Shown: one piece after another, positions 25,905 through 38,520 of the stretch
Layout: each line of letters begins with the position of its first letter
Position numbering within the stretch: position 1 is the first letter of the stretch
NCBI RefSeq assembly: GCF_006345805.1
Contig: NC_043001.1
Span: forward strand, 2,728,001-2,792,000
Length of the DNA stretch: 64,000 nt
Direction: 5' to 3'
DNA from: Octopus sinensis
Taxonomy: Eukaryota
Notes under the pieces: model-generated
The model's input: only the letters and a program-made list of their open reading frames with translations
Told to the model about the DNA's origin: nothing
Databases searched by the model: none
Made by a program: the position numbers and the translations under genes

Positions 25905-26880
25905 TTTCACATTTGTGCAGTCACTATTATCATCATCATCATCATAATGATCATTTAATACCAGACTTCCATGTTGGCATGAGTTGCACAGTTTGACAGG
26001 GGCTGGCGAGGCCGGAGAGCTGCACCAGGCTCCAATTGTCTGCTTTGGCAGTGTTTCGATGGCTGGATGCCCTTCCTAATGCCAACTGCTTTACAGATTG
26101 TACTGGGTACTTTTGTAGTGATCCTATACAACAGTGCGCGCGCGCAACGCCCTCTCGCGAATACACGAAGTCCGAAAGAGGGAATTTTGCTGACGTGGCC
26201 TTAGCTGACGTGGCCTTGCTGACATGGCCTTAGCAAGGGAGCGCGAGCCTTAACAAAGAGGCAAGGGAGCGTGAGCTTTAACAAAGAGGCAAGGGAGCGT
26301 AAAGCGTTGACCATTAGCGTCCGACAGACAGCGGCAGGCATTTCACCAAAGCAGACGTTTAATTCGCTCTCTCTCCGGTTTTGATAGCAGCAGTCTTTTG
26401 GCCGAAGACTTTTAACCTGAATTGTTGCAGACATCATCTTCTTCCTCCGGACGCCATTTTTGACCCGTTCTGTTTTTAGCGGCTGAACATTGTAAATATT
26501 ACAATCGATTAACTTTCAGCCTTGCGCGCCCAGAACCAAGGACATCAGATATACCACTGATTTCTCACCGGTATAAAACAATAAAGTATATCTATTTTTT
26601 ACGTCTGCGTTTTGTGTTTCTTTGACTGGTAGAGTCTGGATATAAAAGCAACGGAAAGTGATTGCACCAACTTGCACCCCAAAAGTGCAAGAGGAGATAT
26701 TCACATATTCCTTACACTTTGTTATGGGGTACCAGCATCAGTGCTTTTTACGTGCCACCAGCACAAATGCAATTTGTGTGCCACCAGCACAGGTGCTTTA
26801 TACATGGCACCAGCATGGGTGCCATTTATGTGACAGCAGCACCTGTGAGCTCACAATACAAGGACTTTCCAGCTGACCGA
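25905..26880 (-). mobile_element. RTE 3' tail interrupted by a ~650-bp insertion
   Basis: Tail motif runs to ~26080 and resumes at ~26730 (GTGCTTTTTACGTGCCACCAGCAC). Confidence 0.7.
26082..26729 (+). mobile_element. CpG-rich insertion with a Helitron-like 5' end and internal 15-bp and 28-bp tandem repeats
   Basis: A|TCCTATAC start; 3x GCTGACGTGGCCTT(A) at 26189-26232; 2.6x 28-mer at 26233-26305; no CTRR 3' end found. Confidence 0.45.
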
Positions 26881-26994
26881 GAGAGGGAGTGGAACCAACA
26901 GATGAGAATATGATAGAGGGACAGAGGTAGCTCCTGTTATTATCGAGGAGGTTTTTGGCTGCCTCAGTAGGGCAAGGAAGGAGAGTGTTAGAGA

Positions 26995-27150
26995 CAAGTG
27001 AGAGAGATAGTCTGAGAGAGAGGGAGAGAGAAAGAGAGAGAGAGGGAGATAGAGATAGACAAAGAGAGAGAGAGAGAAAGAGAGCGAGAGAAGAGAGAGA
27101 TAGTCGGAGAGAGAGGAAGAAAGAAAGAGAGAGAGAAAGGGAGAGAGAAA
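26995..27150. repeat. (GA)n microsatellite
   Basis: Direct inspection. Confidence 0.95.
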
Positions 27151-27534
27151 GCCTGCTGCACTCAGAGAACTGTGGGCGTGGTATAAGTATGTACAGAGGG
27201 GAAAGAGGGGTGTGTGTTCCTTCTGGATGCTATAAATGTGAGGATTGAGCTTTTATTGTTTCATGTACCTCCCTTCATTCAACTATGGACGGGAAACTTC
27301 TGCACCCGTCAGCAAGGATTTTGTCGGCTGATTTCTGAATAAGAGCAGAATTTTCTGGCCAGAGGGTGACTGTTACTGCAGAGGTGAAATTACACCAGGA
27401 CCCTAGTGTTTGATAATACGTTGATATCATTTGAAGCTTGGTGTGATTTTTTAAAGATGTAAGAACTCTAAGGAGACAGTATCAAAACACATGCCCTTCT
27501 AAACTTTTGTGTCCTTCATCTCTTTTATAATCCT

Positions 27535-27950
27535 TTCTGTTACAGGCACAAGGCCTGAAATTTTAAGGAAGGCAGTAGATCGATTATGTTGACCCCCAGT
27601 ATTCAACTGATACTTAATTTATTGACCCTGAAAGGATGAAGGGCAAAGTCAACCTTGGCGGAATTGGAACTCGGAATGTAGCGGCAGACGAAATACCTAT
27701 TTCTTTACTACCCACAAGAGGCTAAACACAGAGGGGACAAACAAGGACAGACGTAACTGGTACTTAATTTATCGACCCCGAAAGGATGAAAGACAAAGTC
27801 GACCTCGGCGGAATTTGAACTCACAACATAACGGCAGACGAAATACCGCCAAGCATTTAGTTCGGCGTGATAATGATTCTGCGAACTCGCAGACAAAATA
27901 CCACTTGGCATTTCACCCGGTGTGCTGATGGTTCTGCCAGCTCGCTACCT
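27535..27950 (-). mobile_element. SINE B copy with a second SINE B (alternative tail) nested at 27697-27890
   Basis: Outer copy is split; inner copy flanked by AGACGAAATAC (27686) and AGACAAAATAC (27891). Confidence 0.82.
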
Positions 27951-28299
27951 TGTGTACTTCATCTCTTTATAATGTTTCTGCTTCATCAAAGATTTTTGAC
28001 ATTATACTTCTAGCTGCTCTGTTTTTTTTTTTTGCATAGCCTCTGGTTAACCACCCTGACAGAACAGAAAGGTGTTTCAGGTGTTTCATGGAATGTGTGT
28101 GTGTGTGTGTGTGTGTGTCTTTGCTGTTTTGTCATTTGCTTGCAATCTCCCATGAAGACATATCCAGCCATTATGTTGTTCATATTTGAAGTTATGTTGC
28201 CTGCAAACAGGTTAAGGATTGGTGACGGAAAGAGCATCCAGCCATAGGAAGCCTGCCTCAATGGATGCCATTTGACACCTGCATGCAAGGAAAAAGTGG

Positions 28300-28309
28300 A
28301 TGATGATGT

Positions 28310-28344
<35 letters not shown>

Positions 28345-28666
28345 ATGATGGTGATGATGATGATGGTGGTGGTGGTGGTGGTGGTGGTGATGGTGGTGGT
28401 AGTGGTGAGGAAGATAGTGGTGATGATGATGATGATGATAATGATGGTGATGATGATGATGATGGTGATGATGGTGGTGGTGGTGGTGGTGGTGGTGGTG
28501 GTGGTGGTCGTAGTAGTAGTGATGGTGGTGGTGGTAGTGGTGGTGGTGATGATGGTAGCCGTGGTGATGATGATGATGATGATGGTGAGGATGATGATGA
28601 TGGTGATGATGATGGTGATGATGATGGTGGTGGTGGTGGTGGTGGTGGTGGTGGTGGTGGTGGAGG

Positions 28667-28731
<65 letters not shown>

Positions 28732-28770
28732 GTGATGATGATGGTGGTGGTGGTAGTGATGATGACGATA
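28300..28770. repeat. Compound (GAT)n/(GGT)n microsatellite
   Basis: Direct inspection. Confidence 0.97.
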
Positions 28771-29086
28771 ACATAAAAGTTATAAACACACACACACACA
28801 CACACATATAGACACCCACACATACAAAGAAAAGCATACAAATTTAAGCGTTTGTTTCACAAAGCGTCGGTGAGCAGGCAGCTGGATTCTCTCCCGCAAA
28901 TTGCCAATCCAGAAGACTCCTCGTCATCTTTTCTGCAGCACTTCATCCCAACTCTTCCTCAGTCTCCTCAAAGATCGAGATCGTAAGCGTTCAACCAAAT
29001 GAACTCTGCTTTAAGTACTCAAAGAGCTTGTTGACGGTGTTAACATGAAGCACTGGATTTAGTGTAGCATCTCACAATGCTCTTAC

Positions 29087-29288
29087 CGTTTACTGCATTA
29101 AATTGTATCTCCTCGTGGAAGCCATTTCCAACGAAACAGACTAAGTCATTGAAATTGAAATGTCTTTGCCTAGAATATTCCATACTATTGAGAACGTGGT
29201 ACAAGCCATTAAAATCTGGCCTATAAACTACTACAAGCTTATCAATTCAGTTAGCAGAAGCTCTCATATCAACGATTGCCAATGCCGA
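29087..29288 (-). CDS. Candidate 202-nt exon: 5'UTR plus start, MEYSRQRHFNFNDLVCFVGNGFHEEIQFNAVN(G); product unknown
   Basis: Acceptor TTTTCTGTTAGGTTCTGTTTACAG|, donor ACG|GTAAGA, ATG at 29183 in AGTATGG context, unique non-repeat sequence; no homolog recognised. Confidence 0.35.
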
Positions 29289-29828
29289 CTGTAAACAGAA
29301 CCTAACAGAAAAGCTAAGAATTTGTACGTGGTTTTGTTGTTGTTGTTGTTGTTGTTGTTTCTTGATTTTGTTTTTATTTATATATTTATTTATTTGTTTG
29401 TTTGTTTCTTTCTTTCTTTCCTTTTATTAGTGAAGCGCCGTAATGCCAGAGATATAGCTTGAAATGTATTTAAATGGAAGCAATACGGTCTAAATTACAT
29501 GGTATTGAAATTATTTCAATATCATATTGTGAAACTACTGTGGTATATTTATTGCTTAAACAGACATTATGAAAAAGTAAAGAAATGAACGAAAAAATAG
29601 AAGAAGAAGAAGAAGGAAAGAAACAGTTAAAAGAAAAACAGAGGAAAGAAATAATAAGAGAGAGAGAGAGAGAGAGAAGGAAAGGAAAATGGGAAGAAAA
29701 TGAACAGCAGCGGAGAATATTGCATCAGTAATAAATATGAGAGTGGTGATGATGGGAATGATTGTGGAGCAATGGAGTGTGGCAGGGGGGGGAGTGGAGC
29801 TGGCAGTGGCAATAGAGGCACTTGTAAT

Positions 29829-29844
<16 letters not shown>

Positions 29845-29874
<30 letters not shown>

Positions 29875-29957
29875 TTGACATCCGTATGCCATGCTGGCAT
29901 GGGTTTGACAGGTAATATTATTAGCAATATTATTGCTAATAATATTAATAGATGATG

Positions 29958-29989
<32 letters not shown>

Positions 29990-30558
29990 GATGATGATAA
30001 TGATGATGATGATGATAATGATGACGATGATGATGGTGATGATGATGATGATGACGACGACGACGATGACGATGATGATGATGATATTGGTGATGATGAT
30101 GATGGTGATGGTGATTGTGGCTATGATAAGGTGATTACCATTATTATCCTTAGCAATACTAATAACAATAACATTAACAATGGTGATTAAAAATAACTAA
30201 TTATAACAAAGTCATTAAAAATAATAACAATAATAATAATGGTAATAATGATAATATTAAGGATGATGACTATAATAATGATGATCAAAATAATATTAAC
30301 GATAATAATAATAATGATAATAATAGTAAAATAGTAGTAGTAGTAATAAGAATAACAATAATAATAATAATAATAATAATGATAACAATAATAATAATGG
30401 TAGTAGAGTAGTAGTAGTAGTAGTTGTAGTAGTAGTAGTAGTAGTAGTTGTAGTAATGGTAATAATAGTAATAACAACAACAATTCCAGGAATAACAAAA
30501 GCAACAGTGCTGATGATGATGACGATAGCCACAAAATCAACAGCAACAACAACAGCAA

Positions 30559-30590
<32 letters not shown>

Positions 30591-30808
30591 ACAGCAACAT
30601 CAGCAGCAGCGTCAACAACAGCAGCAGCAACAACAACAACAACAACAACAACAACAAGCGAGGAATATATATATATATAGATTTCATTACATTTACGGAG
30701 AGTTTCCTCAAATGCAAACTATAGGAATAGCCAAATGTCAAAAGTTATGCCTTCATATTTCTACCCGAATATTTTGGCCTACAATATAACAACAACAACA
30801 ACAACAAC

Positions 30809-30877
<69 letters not shown>

Positions 30878-30979
30878 TTAATAATAATAATAATGATAAT
30901 AATAACAATAATAACAATAATAACAACAATAATAATAATAATCATGATAATAATAATAATAATAATAATAATAATAGTA

Positions 30980-31016
<37 letters not shown>

Positions 31017-31265
31017 TAGTAACAATAATAACAATAATAACAATAATAATAATAATAATAATAGTAATAATAGTAATAATAGTAGTAATAACAATAATAA
31101 TAATAATAATAATAATAACAATAATAATAATAATAATAATAACAATAATAATAATAATAATAGTAATAATAACAATAATAATAATAATAATAATAATAAT
31201 AGTAATGATAATAATAATAATAATAATAATATTAATGATAATAATAATAATAATAATAATCATGA
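29845..31265. repeat. Dense trinucleotide microsatellite block (CAT, GAT, TAA, TAG, CAG/CAA)
   Basis: Direct inspection. Confidence 0.95.
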
Positions 31266-32674
31266 TATATACAATATATTTCAATATCTAAACGAGATGA
31301 ATAGAAAACATAGAAATCTAATTGAATTGGTACTCTACTTTTCAAACAAGAAATCATTGATTTTTAATCTATTAAAAGATTTACATAAACCAAGAATAGT
31401 AGGTATTCTGCTGTAGTGTATTATAACTAGACTGTGGAAAAGTTTTTCCCCAAAGACACTTGTTATATATCAGTAGATTTTTCTCAATAACTTCTAATAT
31501 TAAATAAAAATATCTCCGTATCAGTGGATTCATATCAACTTGAAACCAAATCAAATTGAACAAAAATAAAAAAAATATATATATATATATATAAGTATAA
31601 AGGAAATTTTTAAAAAATATAAACATATATGTATATAAATATGTATGTATGTATATAGAAAGATGAATTAAAATAAGAAGAAATGGAAAGAATAAAAAAG
31701 AAACTGAAAGTACAAAACAAGATGAGAGACAGCATAATAATTGGCAATTCCATTGAAAGTCAGATTAATCTTGTGCCAAAATATATTCTAGGAATGAGAT
31801 TAAGAATTTGTTTGAGAATTTGTCAACAATGCAACAAAATTCTACCCACCCCCCTCTGTAATTATTATTATTATTGTTATTATTTCAGACCTTAAACTCT
31901 TGTTATTTCTGTTTCTCTCTCTCTATCTCTCTCTCTCTCCCTTTCTCTCTCTCTCTCCCTCCCTTTCTCTCTCATAATCTCTGTCACCCTACATTTATAT
32001 ATATTTATACATATATACAGATATGTGTGTATGTTCATGTATATGTGTGTATGTATGTATGCGTATATATATATACACACACACCTACACACATGTGTTT
32101 ATATATGGGTACATACATGTAAATATATATATGTATCTTTGTGTGTGTGTAAGAAAGAGAGAATGTGAGAGAGAGTTATGTTGGTACATAGTTAAGTAGA
32201 TCTACTCTGATTTTAGATTTTAAATTTTAATGCAATGACGATGACTAAACCAATAAAATGTGGAGTGAACAGTGCTGCACTCTTTAATCTTATTGCTCTG
32301 GGTTCAAATCCATCTCATGTTTTGCCCTTGACATTTTCTTCTTTCTCCTCATATCTAATCGAACCCTATCAATTAAACATAACAGATTGTGCTTTCATCT
32401 GGCCATCTCTACAACTCAATCTCACCGATTGGTGTCATGCCTTATTTATAATTTTAGAATTTAATATTTAATGTTCCTTCCCAGGAATTCCGTTGTGTGG
32501 TAAAGAAAAAAAAAAAACGGAATTATCTCTCTGTCAAACATGCAATGATGTTTAATATATCTGCACTAATGATCAGCATTTTTGATTGGATCTATAGTTC
32601 CAGTGAATAGAGAGACCTGGCAGGATTTCAGTTCTGGCAACAGAGCAATTTCATCTCATTTATTTTACAAAAGA

Positions 32675-32708
<34 letters not shown>

Positions 32709-32924
32709 CTTGAATGTCACATGATATTACTTCACCATCTGCTGTAGGTTTGACATTACATATCTGCATAAGAGGTCGATAGGTTTACCATAAGGGTGGA
32801 TAAGGTGAAAGAAATATAACTAATGGCTATCAGGTTAAGAAATTTGGTTGATGATAAAAAGAGACAGTGTGCAAGCTAATATGTGTGTATGAGTGGGGCT
32901 GGGAGTCATATACATTATCTTTTA

Positions 32925-33009
32925 TTTGTTTTAGTCATTAGACTGTGGCCATGCTGGGGCATTGGATACATATAAATATCTATCTATTATCTATCTATCC
33001 ATCTATCTA

Positions 33010-33093
<84 letters not shown>

Positions 33094-33258
33094 ATATATA
33101 CATATATTACAATGGGTTTCTTTCAGTTTCCGTCTACCAAATCCACTCACAAGTCTTTGGTTGGCCTCAGGCTATGGTAAAAGACACTTGACACAGTGGG
33201 ACTGAACCCAGAACCATGTAGTTGGTAAGCAAGCTACTTACCACACAGCCACTCCTGT
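32925..33258 (-). mobile_element. SINE family A copy with expanded internal (TA)n
   Basis: Tail fragment at ~32925; core and head at 33115-33258. Confidence 0.8.
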
Positions 33259-33275
33259 GCCTATATATATATATA

Positions 33276-34197
33276 TCATCATCATCATCATTTAACGTCC
33301 TTTTGACATACTAGCATGGGTTGGACGGTTTGACTGGGGACTGGCAAGCCAGGAGGCCTCACAAGGCTCCAATCTGATTTGGCAATGCTTCTACAGCTGC
33401 ATGCCCTTCCTAATGTCAGTCACTCCGAGAGTGTAGTGGGTACTTTTTACATGCTGCCAGCACAGGAGCCAGACAGGGCAGGGTGGCTGCCATTGACCAT
33501 GTTTGGATGGTGCTTTCTATGGGCCACAGGCTTGGCGAGCTAGTCAGGCAGCACTGGAAAGGACCTACGCATGAATGTTGTTTACTGCACAAGAGCCAGT
33601 CAGGCTACAATTTCCATTTGATCTTGATTTGATTTTTGATTTTGATTTTGATTTCGATTTTATTTGACTCAATAGGTCTCCTCAAGCATGGTGTGTCACC
33701 TGAGGATTCAAAGATACTTTTTAAATGGGCTGGTTATGTGACACTGGTATAGGCTATGGCTGTGATCTCACTTTACATACTGGGTCTTCTCATTCACAGC
33801 ATATCTCCAGAGGTCTTGGTCTTTAATCATTGCCTCTGAGAGGCCCAACGTTCAAAGGTCATGCTTCACCACCTCATATCATGTCTTCTTGGGTCACCCT
33901 CTTCCACATGTTCCTTCCACTGCTTGGGAGTGACACTTCTTCACACAACTCTCCTCACCCATACCAGTGCAGTCGTCTCTCTTGCACACTACATCTGATG
34001 CTTCTTATGTCCAACATTTCTCTCAGGACACTTACATTCTGTCATGCACACCAACCTTACACATCCAGCGGATCATGATAGCTTCATTTCTTTCGAGCTT
34101 ATGCATTCCTTCAGCAGTCACAGTCCATGTTTAACTGCCATGTAGCATGGCAGTTTGCACACATGCATCATACCCTCTACGTTTCACTCTGAGCGAG
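33276..34197 (-). mobile_element. Degraded 5'-truncated RTE LINE
   Basis: (CAT)n tail, 3'UTR and ORF2 C-terminal remnant homologous to 5753-6280. Confidence 0.88.
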
Positions 34198-35309
34198 GTC
34201 AATAAATCAAGTACCAGTTGAAAACTGCGATTGATCAAATAGACTGGCTTCTTCCCCCAAACTTGCAGGCCTTGTGCCTATAGTAGAAACAATTATCATT
34301 AATATTATGTTTTGAGCCCAGCACTTATTCAGTTGCCCTTTTTCTCCCTAGTAAAAGATGTGTTCAGGTGTTTTACTGAAGAACACAAGGCACTGCTTAA
34401 CCCATGAATTGAACTTATGGTCTAGTAATCTGCAGTGCAACATACTAACCACTAGGCCACGTGCCTTCACTTGTCCATTGTATCCTAATTAGTTTGAGAT
34501 GTAATTTCAGGGAGAACTGGCTGCTATGTTGAGCAACACCATGCAGACCTTGTGTTTGGCACATACAGCATATTTCAGGTGAAAAGGGTATTTTTTTTTT
34601 GTGTTCGCTTCTGTTTTTTTGTCTCAATTATTGAATCTGAAAGAAGGGTCATTGCTTCAGATTTTGCAAGGTATCTAAGACTATTAAGTCTGATGCCATC
34701 ATGAGATTTTCTGAGGTGCCTGACTCATGGAGGTCGAAGAGCAGACAGCTTTGAAAACAGAGGCCATCAGGGCAGCAGCAAAAGTGGCAGATAAAAACAA
34801 TAGTCTGCTTCTTGGCCAGAAGCAAGAGTCTGTCCCATTGGGATTGAATTCCAGTTAGTCTAGAAATAAACTTTATTTCATTAAAAGAAATATTAGTAGA
34901 CCTGTAAATCAAGATAACAAAATTGTTAAGTTTGATTTACTAACAAAAATGATGTTGTCGGTTTGCTGATAAAAATGAAGCTATTTTTAATTGCTTTTTA
35001 CCTATGATTTTTTATTAGTAGACAGTCTGTACGAGTTAAGTGTCTAGAAATTCTTATGAGAACACTAAAACATATTTTTGTTTCTTTGATTTAGTCATTT
35101 ATTTTCTGCCTGTTGTATCTTAGTCACACAATGCTTATGTTCTTTTTTGTTGCATTTACAGGCTGAGAAGTTGTGGCTATAATACTCCATTGTTGTTTTG
35201 AGTTTCACCCCCACTTGATGTGAAGCACCAGATACAGGGTGGCTCAGTGTTTTTTCAAGAGCGCTAACCTTCTTCTGACTCATTTTTTAACCTTTCTTTT
35301 CAGATACAT

Positions 35310-36115
35310 AATGTCAGACATCAGGTTGACTCACCAAATGAAAAGGCAGGCTGTGACCATTGCCTGAAAAGCACAGCATGGTGATGCAGGAGATGGTTCA
35401 CTTCCTGACAGTTGCTAGATCCGTTTTTGACAAAGTCTGAAAGGAGCTGGAAGCTGCTGACAGGGACCCAGCATCAGCAGCTAAGTGCAGAGCACATTCA
35501 CAGGGAACCTAACGCCATCAAAACACATAACTTTGTACAAAAAGTGCAATAAATAATCGATAAAAACCCTGAAAAGTCAATCAGAACAACTGCAAAGACT
35601 TTTAAGGTTTCAGAATGCAGCCTCAGAAAAGTTGTGCCTGAGGACATGCAAGTCGTATGGGTAGAGATGGGGGTTAGTTTATGTGAGACATGACACAAGA
35701 GAATTGTTCAATCCATGCAATGTACTTGCTAAGCCAGTTAAAACACTAAGGGGATGGAATGTTTTGGTTTTTCTCTGATGAGAAAAACTTTGATCAGGAC
35801 CAAAAGGTAAACTGAAGGAGCAGCAGATGGTTTTGCAGAGACCTGAATGAGGTTTCAATCGTCACGTATACTAAGTTCCCAATAACTGTGACAGTTCAGG
35901 GAGTCATTAGCAATGAGGGAGTGGTTATGCCTCCCCACTTTTTTTCAAAGAGCTTAAGAGTTAATGCTGCTGTCTACACAGGTCTGTTGGAGAAGGCTAT
36001 GAGGTCCTGGACAGAAGGCACAAAGTCTTCCAACAAGATGCTGTACCATCTCATAAGACTAGCACGACCAGAACATTGATGCATGCTAGATTTCATGATC
36101 ATGTTCTCCCCAGCA
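35310..36115 (+). mobile_element. Tc1/mariner transposase remnant
   Basis: FWFFSDEKNFDQDQKVN*RSSRWFCRD...KFPITVTVQGVISNEGVVMPPHFF...VNAAVY...FQQDAVPSHK; FSDEK and FQQD catalytic-motif regions; stops and frameshifts. Confidence 0.88.
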
Positions 36116-36277
36116 TGGCCACATTCTAATGACTGAAACATATAATAGTTAAAAGATAAAAGACATGTTCAGTGTATGGCTGCGGGGTTAAGAAGATTGA
36201 TTCACAACCGCATGGTTCTCGGTTCAATCTTACCACAGAGTCCCAAAGATAAGAGTTTGGCACCATTGATTATTCAT

Positions 36278-36820
36278 CATCATCATCATCATCTTTTAAC
36301 GTCCATTTTCCATGCTGCCATGGGTTGGCCAGTTTAACTGAGGTCTGGAGAGCCAGTGGATGCACCAGGCTCCAATCTGATCTGGCAATGTTTCTGCAGC
36401 TGGATGCCCTTCCTAACACAAACCTCTCCAAGAGTGTAGTGGGAGCTTTTTACATGTCACTAACACAGGAGCCAGTCAGGCAGCCCTGGCATCAATCACA
36501 TTCGGATAGTGCTTTTAACATGCCACCAGTACAAGAGCCAGTCAGGGGGTACTGGCATTGGCTACGTTCGGATGGTGCTTTTCTGTCCTTGTTTCGTATA
36601 CATTCGATCCTTTTTCCAAGAAATCTAATGCTCGTAGCTTAGTTTTTCCTTGGGGCTGGCTGGATCGGAGCGATCTCAAGATTAATCAGCCGAAATTGTA
36701 AGGATGATCCGGTTCTTGACTGAAGATTAGAGGCTTCGAATGACCCGTCCATTTTTATGTCGTCTATTTGAGTGTTTTGCGTTCTTGTCTCATTTTGTAT
36801 TTTTTTTTCTATATATTTTT

Positions 36821-36852
<32 letters not shown>

Positions 36853-36998
36853 CATCATCATCATCATCATCGTCATTTAACGTCCGCTTTCCATGCTAAC
36901 ATGAGTTGGACAATTTGACTGAGGACTGGCGAACCAGATGGCTGCACCAGACTCCAATTTTGATCTGGCAGAGTTTCTACAACTGGATGCCCTTCCTA

Positions 36999-37005
<7 letters not shown>
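36278..37005 (-). mobile_element. Two RTE 3' tails (36278-36585, 36853-37005) with an unrelated repeat fragment between
   Basis: (CAT)n-TTTAACGTCC...GCTGGATGCCCTTCCTAA motifs. Confidence 0.8.
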
Positions 37006-37034
<29 letters not shown>

Positions 37035-37127
37035 GGGAAGGTTTACGAAAATAAACAAAAGACGAAGGCAGGTGGAGTACAAACAAACAAATGTATTAGT
37101 ATGGTTCAGGAATAGAAATAGAACAAG

Positions 37128-37165
37128 TCTTTTACGTTTCGAGCCTACGCTCTTCGACAGAAAGA
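37128..37165 (-). ncRNA. Minimal type I hammerhead-ribozyme motif (Penelope-like element type)
   Basis: UCUUU-CUGUCGA-A-GAGC(GUAG)GCUC-GAAAC-GUA-AAAGA: 5-bp stem I, 4-bp stem II, palindromic ACGU stem III, GUA triplet; A6 is replaced by U. Confidence 0.7.
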
Positions 37166-37901
37166 TACACAGAAAAGAAACAAGGAGAGAAAAAAATGCG
37201 TGTAGGAGCTAACGGTCCATATATATATATATTATATATATATATATATATATACAATAAAAATGGTAAATAATTTTCCTGTGGTTTTTCATGTAACCAA
37301 CAATTATTTACCGGTAAATTTCGGTATGTAAATACGACAAATTTATTGTCAGGACCTTTGTAAGGTTCAGTATATAGTAAAGTAAATAAGATGGCTAGCA
37401 GCAGGCTGTTTCGCCTCATACCGAAGGAATTAGAAATGGCAGTCAAAGACCGTTTTTTCCATTTTCTATAAGTGGTACTATATATATATATACATATATA
37501 GGAATAATGGGTTGGAATAGATTTTGTGTAAAGTTTGATGTAGAGTTTTGAAGAAAGAGTGAGTCACAAAGAAGCAGAGAATCAGGTGGAATTAGTGGAA
37601 GACCGGCAGAAGGATGTTATGGTAAGAAGAATCCCTTACAGCGACAGTGGCAGAGTTGTAGATTAAATGGAAGGCAGCATATGATGATTTACAAATAAAC
37701 ACACACTCATTTATATAGACAAGCATATATTTATGTATGTGTATACATAAATACAGAAAAAGCTGTCGAACTTGTAATACTTTCCTTCTACTTCTTTAAT
37801 TCTCTCCATTGTTTGTATTCTGTGCAAGTTGGACCTTTTCGTATGTAAACATTTATACATTTCTTGCATTTCACATATTTGATATGCTTTATATATTGAA
37901 A

Positions 37902-38214
37902 GGCCCATGGCTTAGTGCTTAGGGTATTCAGCTCATGATCATAAGGCTGTGAGTTCAATTCCCAGTGAGGGATTGTGTCCTTGAGCAAGACTCTTTATTT
38001 CCCATTGCTCCAATCCATTCAGCTGGCAAAAATGAGTAGTACCAGTAATTCAAAGGGGCCAGCCTCTTCAGACTCTGTGTCATGCTGAAGCTCCCTCAGA
38101 ACTACGTTATGGGTGCACGGAGTACTCAACCACCTGCATGTTAGTTTCATGAGCAGGCTGTTCCATTGGTCAGATCAACTGGAACTCTCGTCATCGTAAC
38201 CAACAGAATGCCAG
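37902..38214 (+). mobile_element. tRNA-derived SINE family D
   Basis: TGGCTTAGTG A-box, GAGTTCAATTCC B-box, TGTGTCCTTGAGCAAGAC core; second copy at 59320. Confidence 0.82.
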
Positions 38215-38520
38215 TTATTGATCTGTCTATCTTGCTTATCCCTACATTTACATCTATACCTACTCAAGTTTAAATCTTTTAAGCACTACTAAGTGTATAT
38301 GCATACATACATACATACATACATACATACATACATACATACATACACATGAATTTGTAGTACAATATATAAATTTCTTGAATCGTGTGGTTATCACAGA
38401 AAGCTCCTCTGATGGACCCGGCTACCATGGCACATAATAATTTAATTTGGTGGAGTATAATATAGAGTTCTATGCAGCTGAAATCCAGGAAAGCCAGTTG
38501 ATGAAATTATTTTATGAAGT

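Noticed and set aside
26070-26085. CACTA (EnSpm) terminus CACTACAAAA on the minus strand
   Set aside because: The orientation points into the host RTE tail, and it is a variant of the host CACGTAAAAA motif.
29244-29252. In-frame TGA as selenocysteine (RASAN-U-IDKL)
   Set aside because: The context matches no selenoprotein motif I know and no SECIS can be shown; a 5'UTR stop is simpler.
37403-37434. Second hammerhead on the minus strand (…AGGCGAAACAGC…)
   Set aside because: The CUGANGA core is missing (CUAAUU) and stem III is imperfect.
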